This document shows, piece after piece, positions 11,160 to 22,549 of a stretch of DNA of 64,000 bases; position 1 is the stretch's first letter, and every line of letters begins with the position of its first letter. The stretch is taken from the NCBI GenBank assembly GCA_964658305.1, contig OZ210885.1, positions 7,316,001 through 7,380,000 on the forward strand. The letters run 5' to 3'. Below the pieces are notes generated by a model. The model was not told the DNA's origin. It was given only the letters and a program-made list of their open reading frames with translations, and made no database searches. Position numbers and translations under genes: made by a program. This DNA comes from Leptogorgia sarmentosa (lineage: Eukaryota).

Positions 11160-11579
11160 GCTATTTTTTTCCCGTAGACAGTCGGTAGCATCCTTGATGG
11201 TCGGTACGTAGCATCATTTACATGTGACCAGCAGTCACAAAGTCGCAGCCTAATATAAAGTTGTTTGCTTACGGTAAGCTTTCGGCAAGCAGGCTGCTAG
11301 CGCTTTCGGTAAGGAGCGCAGCACACAACAAACCGAAGCGCCGTGGGGCTGGAATGTCTTTTCGCCGGAAGACTTGTTTATTTTTTTCAAAAAGTTTTTA
11401 AATGAAGACATTTTTCCTGGCTTCATAGTGTTTAGGGTTAGACTGTTATAAGGTTAGGGTCAGGTTTACCGTTTGGGTTTGGTTTATTTCGTAAAAATAA
11501 ATGGAGTTTGACTAAAGTCGAAAATTTCCCGAATAAAAAGTCGATGATGCTACCGACTATCTACGGAAAAAAAATTTGC
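11160..11579 (+). mobile_element. Mutator-like MITE family A, copy 1
   Basis: GCTATTTTTTTTCCCGTAGACAGTCGG...CCGACTATCTACGGAAAAAAAATTTGC; 9-bp TSD GGCGCCGAG/GGCGCCGAA; inverted copy at 14988-15423. Confidence 0.88.
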
Positions 11580-11588
11580 GGCGCCGAA

Positions 11589-11751
11589 CAGGGCCGGCCC
11601 TAGAACTTTATTCTTATATTGGCGTTCTGCTAACTGATTTCTTTTGAAATCAGTTGTTTATGAATCAATTTAAAAAGAAATCTGTCGGAAAACACCAAAA
11701 TAGGAATATTTACCCCCGCCCCAACCAATTAACCTTCTAGCGCAGGCCCTG
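11589..11751. mobile_element. hAT-type MITE
   Basis: CAGGGCC...GGCCCTG; 8-bp TSD GCGCCGAA/GCGCCGAG; core ACTGATTTC-TTTGAAATCA shared with 31743-31896. Confidence 0.78.
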
Positions 11752-12811
11752 GCGCCGAGGGAGAAAATTTTGAACATTAAAAAGGGTTTACAAATGAAAG
11801 ATGGTTGACTAAGGTACGGCTTTAACATTTTTTTCGGAAATCCAGGATTTTTTTGGGGGGGGGCAGCTCCCCGAAACTGAACCACGGCCTCCATGCCCCC
11901 CTCGGTTCTTACAGTCATTTTAAAATAGTTTCAGTAGAAAGACGTGGTCATCAAAGATTTCTTTTCCGGTCTCCAGAGTGGAAATTTTTGAATACGTACC
12001 GAACGTGTAGGCGCGGTGCACCGCAACCGTAACAATGTGAAACCACAACAATTTGAAACGTAAATGGTGACGTAAATCGAAGAAAATTGATATTCCCCCA
12101 CATTAAAGTGTAGAGTTCAGTCCATTTCGAATTTATACTCGCGCGTGCGTTGTCTAGAGTTATTACAGCAAAATGGCTCCGAAGAGACAAGCTGTTCTTA
12201 CAATTTTAACCTGGATAATTTCCAATATTATCGCCAAGATTAATTTAAAAATTGCGATGTTAAGTTACAAGGCTGACTATGAAAGGATGAGAGCGACCTA
12301 ACTCCTAAGTAGCTACCGCTTTGGTCAGTGTCAGTTGTCGCGAAACGTCTCAACGAAAGGCGCCAACCACGACCTCGAAGGTTTTCGGTCGGACCTGGAC
12401 GAACAAGTGTTTGGTAGATTGTTTTTGTCAACCAAATGGTCATCATCTGTGCACACGAAAGACCTTCTCTTTCTTTTTTCTTTATTTTATTTATATTTTC
12501 TACTGTTCTAATCTTGAATTCGATATCTTTCCATACACAACACTGAATAGTAAATATTACAATAAATATAACACGTGTCACACCGACAGCATCGCGGGCT
12601 CATCACGCGCGATAGCGCATGTTTTGTAAGCAAAGCTGACGTATTCTCATCGTTTTCGTGGATACGTTTGGTCGCTCGAATCCGAGTACGCATAATTTTT
12701 CGTAACGGCGAGAAAATGTTTGTGGATACATTGATATAAATGTATCCAGATACGGGTAGATGGAGCCTCATTTCTGCAGTAGAATTCTTAGAACATTAAT
12801 ATAACACTTAC

Positions 12812-12884
12812 AAAAACGATTTCCTCGGTATTTCCAAAGAAAAGGTAAGCGTTCTGGATGTCTGATCCAAGTGCTGTGCTGAAT
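12812..12884 (-). CDS. Receptor gene exon 8 (linker, ...TSRTLTFSLEIPRKSF)
   Basis: cacag/gtaagt boundaries; 73 nt supplies exactly the phase 1 to 2 link needed between exons 7 and 9. Confidence 0.75.
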
Positions 12885-13303
12885 CTGTGAGATGATAAGG
12901 TGAACATATAAAGTTTAAAATTTAGCGGAGGGTCGAATTAACCTACCGGTTGTTAATCTATATTTTGGAGATTACATACAGTGAGTTCTTTATATTTCTA
13001 TTCTATTTTGCGGGTCTTATGATTAATCGGCTGCAAATTCCTCAAGATTTCTCTCGATTTCATACGCCGTATACGGACGTAAACTTTAGTCGTATCGTGT
13101 GCATGGGCCTTTATATTTATTCAATATATTTTGGAATGCCAGTCCATAATTGATTTTATTAATTTTTTTGTGCAGTTATCAGACCTAAAAACTTACTTAA
13201 TGATACAAATTTTTCATGTACAACATTTAAACCAATCGATCGAATCAATAGAAACGACGTGTGAATCAGTGTTGCGTAGCTAACAAAAAACATGTCTACT
13301 TAC

Positions 13304-13594
13304 TTCCATTCGTTAGAAATTCTTGACTTTTACTATAGTTTCCAGAACCGACTTTAGTGCTTGCGAGAACACGAACATAGTATCTTGTTGATGCATTCAA
13401 ATTCCCAGAAAACCACTTTCGTTCACTTGTGATAAATGTCTGAAAGCAAGGACCAGATTCTGAATGTGAAATACAGGCTGTATAACTTGCAATGGCGCCA
13501 TTTCTTCTGGCTTTCTCAGGAGGTTGCCATGTGATAGACAATGATCTAGCACTTCGTGATATTGTTTCGATGCTCAATGGAGCACCACTTGGAG
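13304..13594 (-). CDS. Receptor gene exon 7: fibronectin type III domain
   Basis: APSGAP...SLSITWQPP...NGAIASY...LNASTRYYVRVLAST; phase 1-1. Confidence 0.92.
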
Positions 13595-14011
13595 CTAAAC
13601 AAATAATATTCGACGTTTTTGATGAAAGTCTTTTTTCTAATTGTTGACCAATGCTCATGTTTTAAATCGAAACAGACCAAAGACTTTTTTCATTGAAATG
13701 AGACGGTCAACAAAAATTTCGACAATCTCCAACAACATTGATATTTTGGGCAAATCTTTGAAACAGGAATACAGCTTTTTCTCTCTGTCTCTCTCTCTAA
13801 TATAAAATAATTCTGCCCCATTCCAACTTCGAACTTCAACGTGATTTTCTTTGTTTTTTTTCTCAACCATTAAAATCAGCTGTTGAATTGGGACCTTCGA
13901 CGTTCAACACGTTTCCTATAATATTCCAATTTGATGTATAAAACAGCTTTACATTCTTAGCCTATTTATTCAGTTTTAGTTTTTTCAACAGTCTTTAATT
14001 GTATCACTTAC

Positions 14012-14302
14012 CTACTTCAGATGTACGAAATGATGTAATGGTAGATTCTTCACTAAATCCATAAGAATTTCCAGAAGTTACGGATACTTCATATTCAGTG
14101 AAAGGATTGAGATTATTTAACTGATACTCATTAACTTTTCCTGTTGTAATATCAAGCAATAGAGAATCATTTTCCTTCACTTTTATACAGAATTGTGACA
14201 CATTTAAAACTCCCTTGTATTTGGGATCTGTCCAAGATATTTTAGAGCTTCCAGACGTGACATTAGTGACTCTGAGTTTCGTCGGTTTGTCTGGAAACAC
14301 GG
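14012..14302 (-). CDS. Receptor gene exon 6: fibronectin type III domain
   Basis: PDKPTKLRV...ISWTDP...LNPFTEYEVSVTSGN; phase 1-1. Confidence 0.92.
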
Positions 14303-14987
14303 CTAAAAGAAAAACGCATCAAAATGTATTTGTGCAAGTTCAATGTGTAGATTAAGAGCGTAATATAAAAAAACGCTTTGTTTACATTCTGTTCTGGCTT
14401 TCTATATTTTGAAAATGAAGATAAACTCATTTTCAGACAAAAAGGGACTTTACTAGGTGGGGGGGGGGGGGGGGAATTCCTCCAGTGGGGATTCCTCCAG
14501 GGGGGTGGAAGAGGGGGCTTGGCCCCTCCTGTTTATATGTTAACTATAAACACATACATGCAGTAACCCCTGGCCTTACCCCCCAAAAATTGCAACTATA
14601 TTTTTGGAACATGAAGTACTTAAAGTAAAGAAGTCAGCGGTTGTTGTCATGGCAACAGGATCGGAAATTGAAAACAGTCAAAATATCAGCTTTTATCTTT
14701 GTTTTATTGGCATTTTTTAATTTGGAGAACCATTTGTTAACCCGTACGTGATTAGGACTAATATAAACTTGAATTTGGTGCGAAATACTACGTTTATTTG
14801 CATACAACGTTTTAAATATTCAAGTCAGTCTTCTTTGATATGAAACAATTTCCAGCTAGACTCCAATGTTCGCTCGTGTTCTTTTGAGTAAAGTTTGTAA
14901 ATATTTGTGAAGTCTTGCATTTCAAAACAAAAACTTATACTCTGGAATTGAGCCGTGAATTGATTAAACGCGGCTACGGCCGGCGAC

Positions 14988-15423
14988 GCAAATTTTTTTT
15001 CCGGAGACAGTCGGTAGCATCCTTGATGGTCGGTAGCATCATCGACTTTTTTATTCGGGAAATTTTCGACTGTAGTTAAACTCCATTTATTTTTACGAAA
15101 TAATCCAAACCCAAACGGTAAACCTGACCCTAACCTTATAACAGTCTAACCCTAAACACTATGAAGCGAGAAAAAATATCTTCAATTAGAAATTTTTGAC
15201 AAAAATAAACAAGTCTTCCGGCGAAAAGAAATTCCAGCCCCACCGCGCTTCTGTTTGTTGTGTGCTGCGCTCCTTACCGAAAGCGCTAGCAGCCAGCTTG
15301 CCGAAAGTTTACCGTAAGCAAACAGCTTTATATTAGGCTGCGACTTTGTGACTGCCGGTCACATCTAAATGATGCTACCGACCATCAAGGATGCTACCGA
15401 CTGTCTACGGAAAAAAAATTAGC
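14988..15423 (-). mobile_element. Mutator-like MITE family A, copy 2
   Basis: About 50-bp TIRs beginning GC(A/T)AATTTTTTTTCCG; perfect 9-bp TSD GCCGGCGAC (14979-14987 and 15424-15432). Confidence 0.92.
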
Positions 15424-15908
15424 GCCGGCGACCTTTCAGGCAAATAGCCACGCAAAACAAAAGTTCACTGCCGAAAATATATTGACGAACTTATCCTGTG
15501 TTTCAATCCATGGTCGTTTCGTCCCATTTATCAGCTTTTTATATCTTCCAAGAAGGCTTTTAAAATCTTACGCGCGCAGATCTTGTCTTTGTTTTCCCTT
15601 TTCCAAAGCTTTAATTAAGAAGCTCCTTCAAAGCTTTAAAAACCTTCGGCTCTTCCACTATATTTTAGAGAACAGTGATGACCTATACGATGCACCATGA
15701 CCCAAAATGACGGCCAAATCGAGCAACTTTGGACTCCGCTATGCTGCCCTTTTCCCGGGTGCAAATAGTCGTGCGGAATTATTACCCTCGAATTTATGAT
15801 AGTCCGCCATATTTTTGAGAACAGTGATGACCACCATGACATCCTTTGAACCATGACCCAAAATGGCGGCTGAGCAACTTCAGACTCCTCTATGCTGCCC
15901 TTTACCAG

Positions 15909-16564
15909 CATAGATATAGGAAGCCTAGATTGCTGACTGTAGAATAATTATCGATCGTAAAGTGCTGCCAAAACAGTCACTTTGTTCCTTCAAGATGTTC
16001 GAGCCTATCAACCGGTAAACTAACTTATTTTTCTTCAACTAATCGTTGCCAGAAAGAATATGTTTTGTAAACTTTGGCCTCTTGGAGGAATTCCCTTCAC
16101 GGACAACTCGGTCGCCGAAACGACGACTAAATATACAGTGAGAATTGCGGACGACAAATCGCTTCCTGTTTCTCTCCCAACACGCCGCTTTCTATTTCTT
16201 ATCTTTCACAGAAGTCCTATAGAATATTCCAACACCTCAAAGTTATCCAAAAGCTTCATTCTTGACCTGAAAAGTCTCGAACCAAGTCAAGTGACTGTTT
16301 TGGCAGCACTTTACGATCGATTATTTCGGGGTTAATTCCATTCAAATTGCACGATTTTCATCGAAAACCTTCAGCACGGGTAGTTATTTCCAAAAAATGG
16401 TGCTAGAACGTGATCGGAAACGTTATACGGTCGTAAAATGCGAAAAACATGGTTTTTCCTATACTAGCTCCTATTAATTTGACCGGTTGAGCAGCCATCT
16501 TGGATTTTCAAAAGTTGCCACACATTTCATACGGAGTCAGCAATCTAGGCTTCCTATATCCATG
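15909..16564. mobile_element. Non-autonomous P-like (or hAT) element
   Basis: 30-bp TIR CAT(A/G)GATATAGGAAGCCTAGATTGCTGACT; perfect 8-bp TSD TTTACCAG. Confidence 0.88.
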
Positions 16565-17149
16565 TTTACCAGGGTGAAAATAGCCGTGCGGAATTATTAA
16601 CCTCGCCCCGGGCTAACGCCCTCGGGGTAAAAGGCATTAAGAGCGGAATGTCTAATCAGTACAATTCTGAATTTCGGAAAATTAAAAATGAATGCTTATA
16701 AATATATTTTATTTTCGGTTCATTTAAAATGAATGCTTATACCGCTACCAATATTTGCCAAACCAGAATATTCATGGGTTTATGCTTTAAGGTGTGGTAA
16801 TTACTGCAATCCAGGTAAGAAATCTTGTTTGTGAGATGTGCAAGGCTGTAGCTAGAGCGTGATTGGAGGAGAGTGTTTACATTCATATACGGACTTCTTT
16901 TCAAATTCATTCAAAAACGACTCTCCTAACCCTTTCCTCTGGGAATAGAAAGCATGTTTCATGGTAATTTATGCAGATTCAAAACTGCCATGAATCTGCA
17001 TACTTCGAGATGACATTACCGACCGATCCCAAGGTCATTTCCAACCACCACCCCATTCTTGGAAAGCAAGAGTAACCCTAACCGTAAGATGTGGTAATAA
17101 TAACGGCAACCTGCTAAAGTATATTATTATATGTTCCACGAAAACTTAC

Positions 17150-17288
17150 TTTCACCTCCAATGTCAACTCTCATACATGCATCTCCTACATAACTCAATG
17201 GAACGAGACGTAAAGCTCTCGTTATTACATCAGGAAATTGCTCAGCAGCTTGGTTAAAAGCATTTTTGTTTCCTTCATACTGGAGTAT
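17150..17288 (-). CDS. Receptor gene exon 5: F5/8 type C domain, C-terminal half
   Basis: YEGNKN...TRALRLVPLSYVGDACMRVDIGG; AG/GT boundaries; phase 0 to 1. Confidence 0.88.
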
Positions 17289-17485
17289 CTATAAACAAAG
17301 TGAATTCACAATCATTTAGAAGACCATATTCGTAATAATTAAAATTTCTTTAGGTAAGTGTCGGGGGAGCAGCTGACAGAGACACAGACAGACGGACGGA
17401 CGGACAAATGGTGAACTCTCGTCACATGACTCAAATATTGAACTGTGTGTTTTGTGCTTTCAGCTTAAGGATAACGCCTTCTCAC

Positions 17486-17775
17486 CTTTTCTGGAACTGT
17501 TTTCCAGTTTATCAAGTCAATAGTGTAATCCAACCGGTATGTGGCCACCCATTTTGCTCTGCTACTGTCACCATATGTTACTAAGTAATCAAGACGATAA
17601 AGTGTTCCTAAATCCACTTGGAGGTAATTTTTTCCATCGACAAGAGGAGAACACCAAGAACTTGCACTAGATGCTCTTCCATCAGAAGCAGAATGGTTTT
17701 TTGAAGAGAGTGGGGAACTAAAGAATGAATCTGGGAATCTTCGTTTGTCGTCCATCAACAGATTGAAAGAACCGC
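17486..17775 (-). CDS. Receptor gene exon 4: F5/8 type C (discoidin) domain, N-terminal half
   Basis: SSWC...YLQVDLG...VTYG...WVATYRLDYTIDLINW; phase 1 to 0. Confidence 0.92.
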
Positions 17776-18697
17776 CTGGCAGGAAGTAAAAAAGATGAAA
17801 TTAACATTCTAGAATTTCATGGACATTTCTGCAAGAGCTTTAATCCCAAGGGTGATCAGTTTGTTAATCTTGGTCCGATACTTTTGCTGGCATGAAAACA
17901 CGCGTTCGAAATATATCGTACGCTTTTGGATAGATTCATTTAGTGCAAGCTTGTTAGGCTTGAAACGGGACAGGAAAGTTCTGTTTTTTCCCGCAATTTC
18001 AATTCTACAAATTGGGATCAATATCGTAGCAAAACATAGAAAATAATATTCTAAACCGATTGCCGGGAACGAAACACGTACGTTAAATATGAAAAGTGTT
18101 ATAGTTCGCGTGATTATTTAGGTTTTTTCAAATAGAAGGAATACTTTCCACACCCAGGAGGATTATGGTTTATGTATCAAAATGTCATCAAATAAATTGA
18201 AACATACACATGTAAACATTCAGATCACAGAGCGTCTGGGCTATTTTTATTTGTTCTAGCTACACTATTTTCACATGCCAAGTGTAACCAATTTGATCGT
18301 ACTGTACTGTACAGTATTTGCGTCAATACACACGGGACCCACACACGTGCCCTGAACAATGGATGATTTTCAACGACGATTCGCAATGCAAATGAAATTG
18401 CACGAGATTTCATGGGGTAAACAGCCTGTTGCGGTGCCAATAGTGATTGAAAATAGTTATTCGTATTTGAATCCTTGTTTGGCGTGTATGTATGTAAATT
18501 TTTCTTAACTTTAAATAAACGAAAAGAGACAAACCTACCTGAAAATATATTACTCGTACTTACATTGTATGTATGCTGACCCAGGGCAATTTATGCTGAC
18601 CGTAATAGTAAACTCACATTGGGATAAGTATATTTTGTGACTACCACAATGTAGGTAAGAAATGCTTGCAGGTCTTGCACCTTCTCGGAAAGGTATA

Positions 18698-18860
18698 CTA
18701 GCAAAGGAATATGCCTCCTTGTATCCAAGGTGACGACAAACAATATCTGCCTTTCCTTCGTTTAAGCTCTCTCCACAAACTTCAGTTGTTTTCCCACCGA
18801 TTGCAGATTGCTACACTCCTTTGTGGGGTACAGATGAATTAGACAGAAATATATCATGAA
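18698..18860 (-). pseudogene. Dead SRCR-domain exon inside the receptor gene
   Basis: Phase-1 acceptor at 18860; VHDIFLSNSSVPHKGV*QSAIGGKTTEVCGESLNEGKADIVCRHLGY with in-frame TAG at 18811-18813; the 3' boundary is uncertain. Confidence 0.65.
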
Positions 18861-18870
18861 CTAAAACACA

Positions 18871-19320
18871 ATAATAAACAATTATTGGATGAGGCTGAGC
18901 ATGATATCAAGAATTATTCAGACCGAGGTCAATGTTATCTGCCGAAGCGAAGCTGAGGCGGATAACATTGACCGAGGTCTGAATAATTCTTGATATCATG
19001 CGAAAGCCGAATCCAATAATTGTTTTATTATACATTTAAAAGAGAGTTCACTTTCATTCAGCGAAGCAAATCTGCTACAGGCCATTGTTTGTTTGTTTGT
19101 TTTTTCGCGCGCTTTTAGCTTCAAGCTTTTGACAGCGCTGGGGCTTGGGCATGAGAGAGTCCAATAATTTTTTTTTTGGATGCAAGTTCGATCCAAAAAA
19201 ATAATTATTGGACGCTGATGACGTCATCGGCGGAAAATACGTAATAAGTACCGAATACTGAGAATTAGCCGGTGCTTTCTGACCAATCAGGAACGAGAAT
19301 AAATTTTAAATGTATAATAA
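18871..19320. mobile_element. Non-autonomous repeat with a long terminal hairpin (18871-19031)
   Basis: Near-perfect palindrome of about 75-bp arms centred on GCCGAAGCGAAGCTGAGGC; second IR TTATTATACATTT/AAATGTATAATAA; CCAATCAG near the end. Confidence 0.7.
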
Positions 19321-19491
19321 TGTTTATTGTTTAGACTTCCAAATATTTTACGTGCCGCGTTTGGTGTTTTCCCTTATAGCTTCATTTTTAAAGTTTTTTT
19401 AAACTTTAAAGTGAGCCTTTCCTATATATGCTTCCACCCGTTAAAGACCTCAACGGGTAGTAACCGATATTAATTTCTCAATTGAGAACAT

Positions 19492-19892
19492 GGGTAATGC
19501 CCACGCTGGACTATCGTCTAAGTAGCCTGGCCTGGTAAATTATGAACAGTGATTGCCCGGATCTATAATCATATGCATTTAGCCAGGCCAGAGTGGCGAG
19601 CAGCGAGCTCGATTTAGCTCAAGTGGCAAGGCACGCGGTGCGTTCGTTGCAGTTCTATAGGTCAAGCCCCGGTTCGACACAATTTTCAGCGTAAGTGATG
19701 AAAACTTTTTTTTTCTCAATATTTATCTGACCACAATGGTCAGTGTTAGGATTCTAGGGTTTGGGTTGGGATTAAGGAAATTCTTAGTATATAGAAAAAT
19801 GGTTTATATCTAACACTAATATAACTATACCAAGAGTAATACTGAAACGCCGACCAGCAATCTTCGGCGATAGTCCAGCGTGGGCATTACTC
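19492..19892 (+). mobile_element. TIR MITE carrying tRNA-like and telomere-like modules
   Basis: 25-bp TIR G(G/A)GTAATGCCCACGCTGGACTATCG; TAGCTCAAGTGG A-box-like sequence near 19615; GTTAGG/AGGGTTTGGGTTGGG near 19745-19770; no TSD seen. Confidence 0.75.
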
Positions 19893-21194
19893 GTGGCCGC
19901 AGCTTATATAATGATGGTTTATCCCAGTGCTGTAGAGGCTGAATTTTTTGGTAGGGGGGCAAAAATGGATCTATGGCGATGTCACTAACAAAGCGCTGTA
20001 AATTCGCGCTTCGCAGGAGGGTCCAGAGCATATTCAGCCCCGAATATTTTGAAATTCGAAGCTCCAGAAAGGCATTTCATGCATTCTAAGTGCCTGATTC
20101 ACGCGTTTACCGATTCCAGCACAGGTTGAAACGAAAAGGCAAGTTTAAAGGCCTCATGTCTTGAAATTTGACCCCATATTTTTATCACAGCAGCATTTCC
20201 AAATGACGTAATAGAACACTTTTCAAAAATTTTCTCAACTTGTTTTTTGTCTAGATATTGACCAATGTTTGATAATAATGCAATGATGATGAATCACTGT
20301 GATGTCAAATTACATAATACAATCATAAGCAAATACGTAAAACAATAAACTCCAAAACCCATACAGGTAGAGTTGTGTGCACATTGATGGAGACTCCATT
20401 TCATGTTAGATTTCGACAAGATGGAATTGATTGAAATGTAACAAAGTTACCTGGCTGTCACTCATTATGCAATATGACATCACACTGATCACGGTGGTGT
20501 TCATTTGCATATCAAATATAGGTCAATACTGTATCTACACAATAAAGGAAGTTACGAAAATTTGGAAAAATGTTTATTAGGTCACTTGAAATGTTCATTA
20601 TGCTGCCTTAAAAACAATGTAGTGTCAAATTTCGATGCCAGTTAAGGCAAACTATTTATAGGCTGAAAATGACATAAAAATTGAATTTTTCTATGGGGTA
20701 ACTCCCGCTCCTGTTGCCCAACATCTCTGTTCAAAACGATTAGACAACTCGGCCGCGTTGTCTAAATGTTCAATGTTTGTTATCTATTACCTAACTTCAG
20801 CCGATGATGACGTGCTCAGTGTCCAATGATATTTTTTTGGATTGAACTTGCAACCTGGCAAGAGTACCAAGGAAGTGGAGTTAGGATTCTCAAATCGCCG
20901 TTTCCGCCGATTCGAAATGATCAAAATTTTCTCGCTGCGCGCAGCGATCGTGGCGCCTTTCGACTTTCGCTAGCCTCAAAATGGGGCAAAAAGCTATCTG
21001 CCCACGTGTAAAAATGTATCTCATACCCCTGTGCAAAGAGCATTGGCCACAGTCTGAATAATTCTTGGTAACATGCTGAGATGCATGCAATTATTGTTTA
21101 TTACTGCCACCATTGGTTACTTACAGCTACAGGCCGAATGAGAAGGTGGTCGTTTGAAACTACAAGTTATGAACATGAATGAAACTCAACCTAC

Positions 21195-21497
21195 CACATG
21201 GTCCATTGTAAGAATTCTTTGCATCAAAACATTGATATTCAAAGTAAAGATAGTTTGATAATCCAAGACATTGATCTCCAGAGATTAATTTGTCATCCAC
21301 AGTCATATTACATTCATGTAGACCATCACATTGTTTCTTAACGATGCATGTAACATCAACCTTACAAATATATTCGTCGCTTAAACCGCATTTCTTAGTT
21401 GCAGGTAATCCACGATAAGATGCGAAATTAACTTGCATGTACTGATCTTTAGGGCAATTGGCATTCACTACCATCTCACCATGACACGTCACTGAAC
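21195..21497 (-). CDS. Receptor gene exon 3: SUEL/rhamnose-binding lectin-like domain
   Basis: TCHGE...CP...FASY...C...C...VKKQCDGLHEC...DQCLGLSNYLYFEYQC; phase 1-1. Confidence 0.9.
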
Positions 21498-21725
21498 CTT
21501 CAAGAAATAAGAGAGATTTTGTTCTTTTATATACGATTTCGACTGAAAATATCAAATTGTTTAAAATAAAGATTCGTGTGAAAGAAATCTGTTGTGCACT
21601 TAACTTGAAACTGACATTGAAGCTACCTTACTTTTTCTTCGAGTCACGTTTTACTAGTTTACAATCTTAATGTAGTAATATACAATAAAGGCATAACTGT
21701 GAGACAGTGGGAGGCGGTCGCCGCC

Positions 21726-22112
21726 GCAAATTTAGATTCGGTATACGGTCGGACATCTTCGAGATGGTCGGACATCGCATTTATTCGTTTTCAGTACCTC
21801 AAACGAGCTTAACACTAACCCAAACCCTGTCCTAACCCTAACTTTAGTCATTAACATAATCATACGTGTTTGAATTCAAAAGTCGAAAAAAAAGAGTATA
21901 AAAAATTGCGCCCCGATCTGGAATCGAACAGTGGTGGACGGCACAGAAATCTGAACCCTTACCAAATACAGTGACTGCTTCACCTGCCTGACGCTCGATT
22001 TAAACTCATTATTATCGTTATTTCTATTGCTGCTGCTGTTTATGACTTCATGTAATATAATGGGATGTGCGACCATTTTGGTCTGACGACCGTCAACAGA
22101 ATCGAAATTAGC
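21726..22112 (-). mobile_element. Mutator-like MITE family B
   Basis: GCAAATTTAGATTCGG...GAATCGAAATTAGC; flanked by GTCGCCGCC and GTCGCTGCC; tRNA-like sequence at about 21908-21978 (minus); CCCTAA repeats near 21815-21843. Confidence 0.82.
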
Positions 22113-22121
22113 GTCGCTGCC

Positions 22122-22540
22122 GAAATGTTTTTTCCGTAGACAGTCGAACACCTCATTGATGGTCGGACACATCATTTATTAGCGTCCAGACTTTCACTTC
22201 ATCAATTGATTATACTAACACTTGCCGAAACGGCAGTTCTGAGCCGAACCTTGAACATAAATAAAATTTTGAAAAAAAATCTTAAGTACAGGTGTATTTT
22301 AAAATAAATCGCTCAAATATCTTTGGCAGAATGAAAAAAAAATTAGGAAAAAAATAACGCGCTGATATCATGGGGATCGAACCCAAACACGTTGCACGCA
22401 GTCCGCGTGCTTACCACTACACCAACCGCTCAAGCTGCCTGGTCTTACTTTCAAAATCTTTATAATGCTTATTCTTAATGCTAATGTTAATATGATAATA
22501 ATGAGGTGTCCGACTATCAATTGAAGTAAAAAAAATTAGC
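22122..22540 (-). mobile_element. Mutator-like MITE family C
   Basis: GAAATGTTTTTTCCGTAGACAGTCG...AAAAAAATTAGC; flanked by GTCGCTGCC and GTCGCCGCC; tRNA-like sequence at 22366-22430 (A box TGGTGTAGTGG, B box GGTTCGATCC). Confidence 0.82.
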
Positions 22541-22549
22541 GTCGCCGCC

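Larger units (their letters stand above)
11116..11912. mobile_element. Old hAT-like MITE hosting two nested insertions
   Basis: AGTCATTT repeated at 11108-11115 and 11913-11920; GTAAGAAC/GTTCTTAC inverted ends; right TIR truncated. Confidence 0.55.

Noticed and set aside
20145..20650. Possible Kolobok-like element
   Set aside because: Inverted ends too degenerate and the second TSD is unclear
21125..21159. Possible 35-nt micro-exon of the receptor gene
   Set aside because: Would need an intron of only about 35 nt and breaks phase with the next exon
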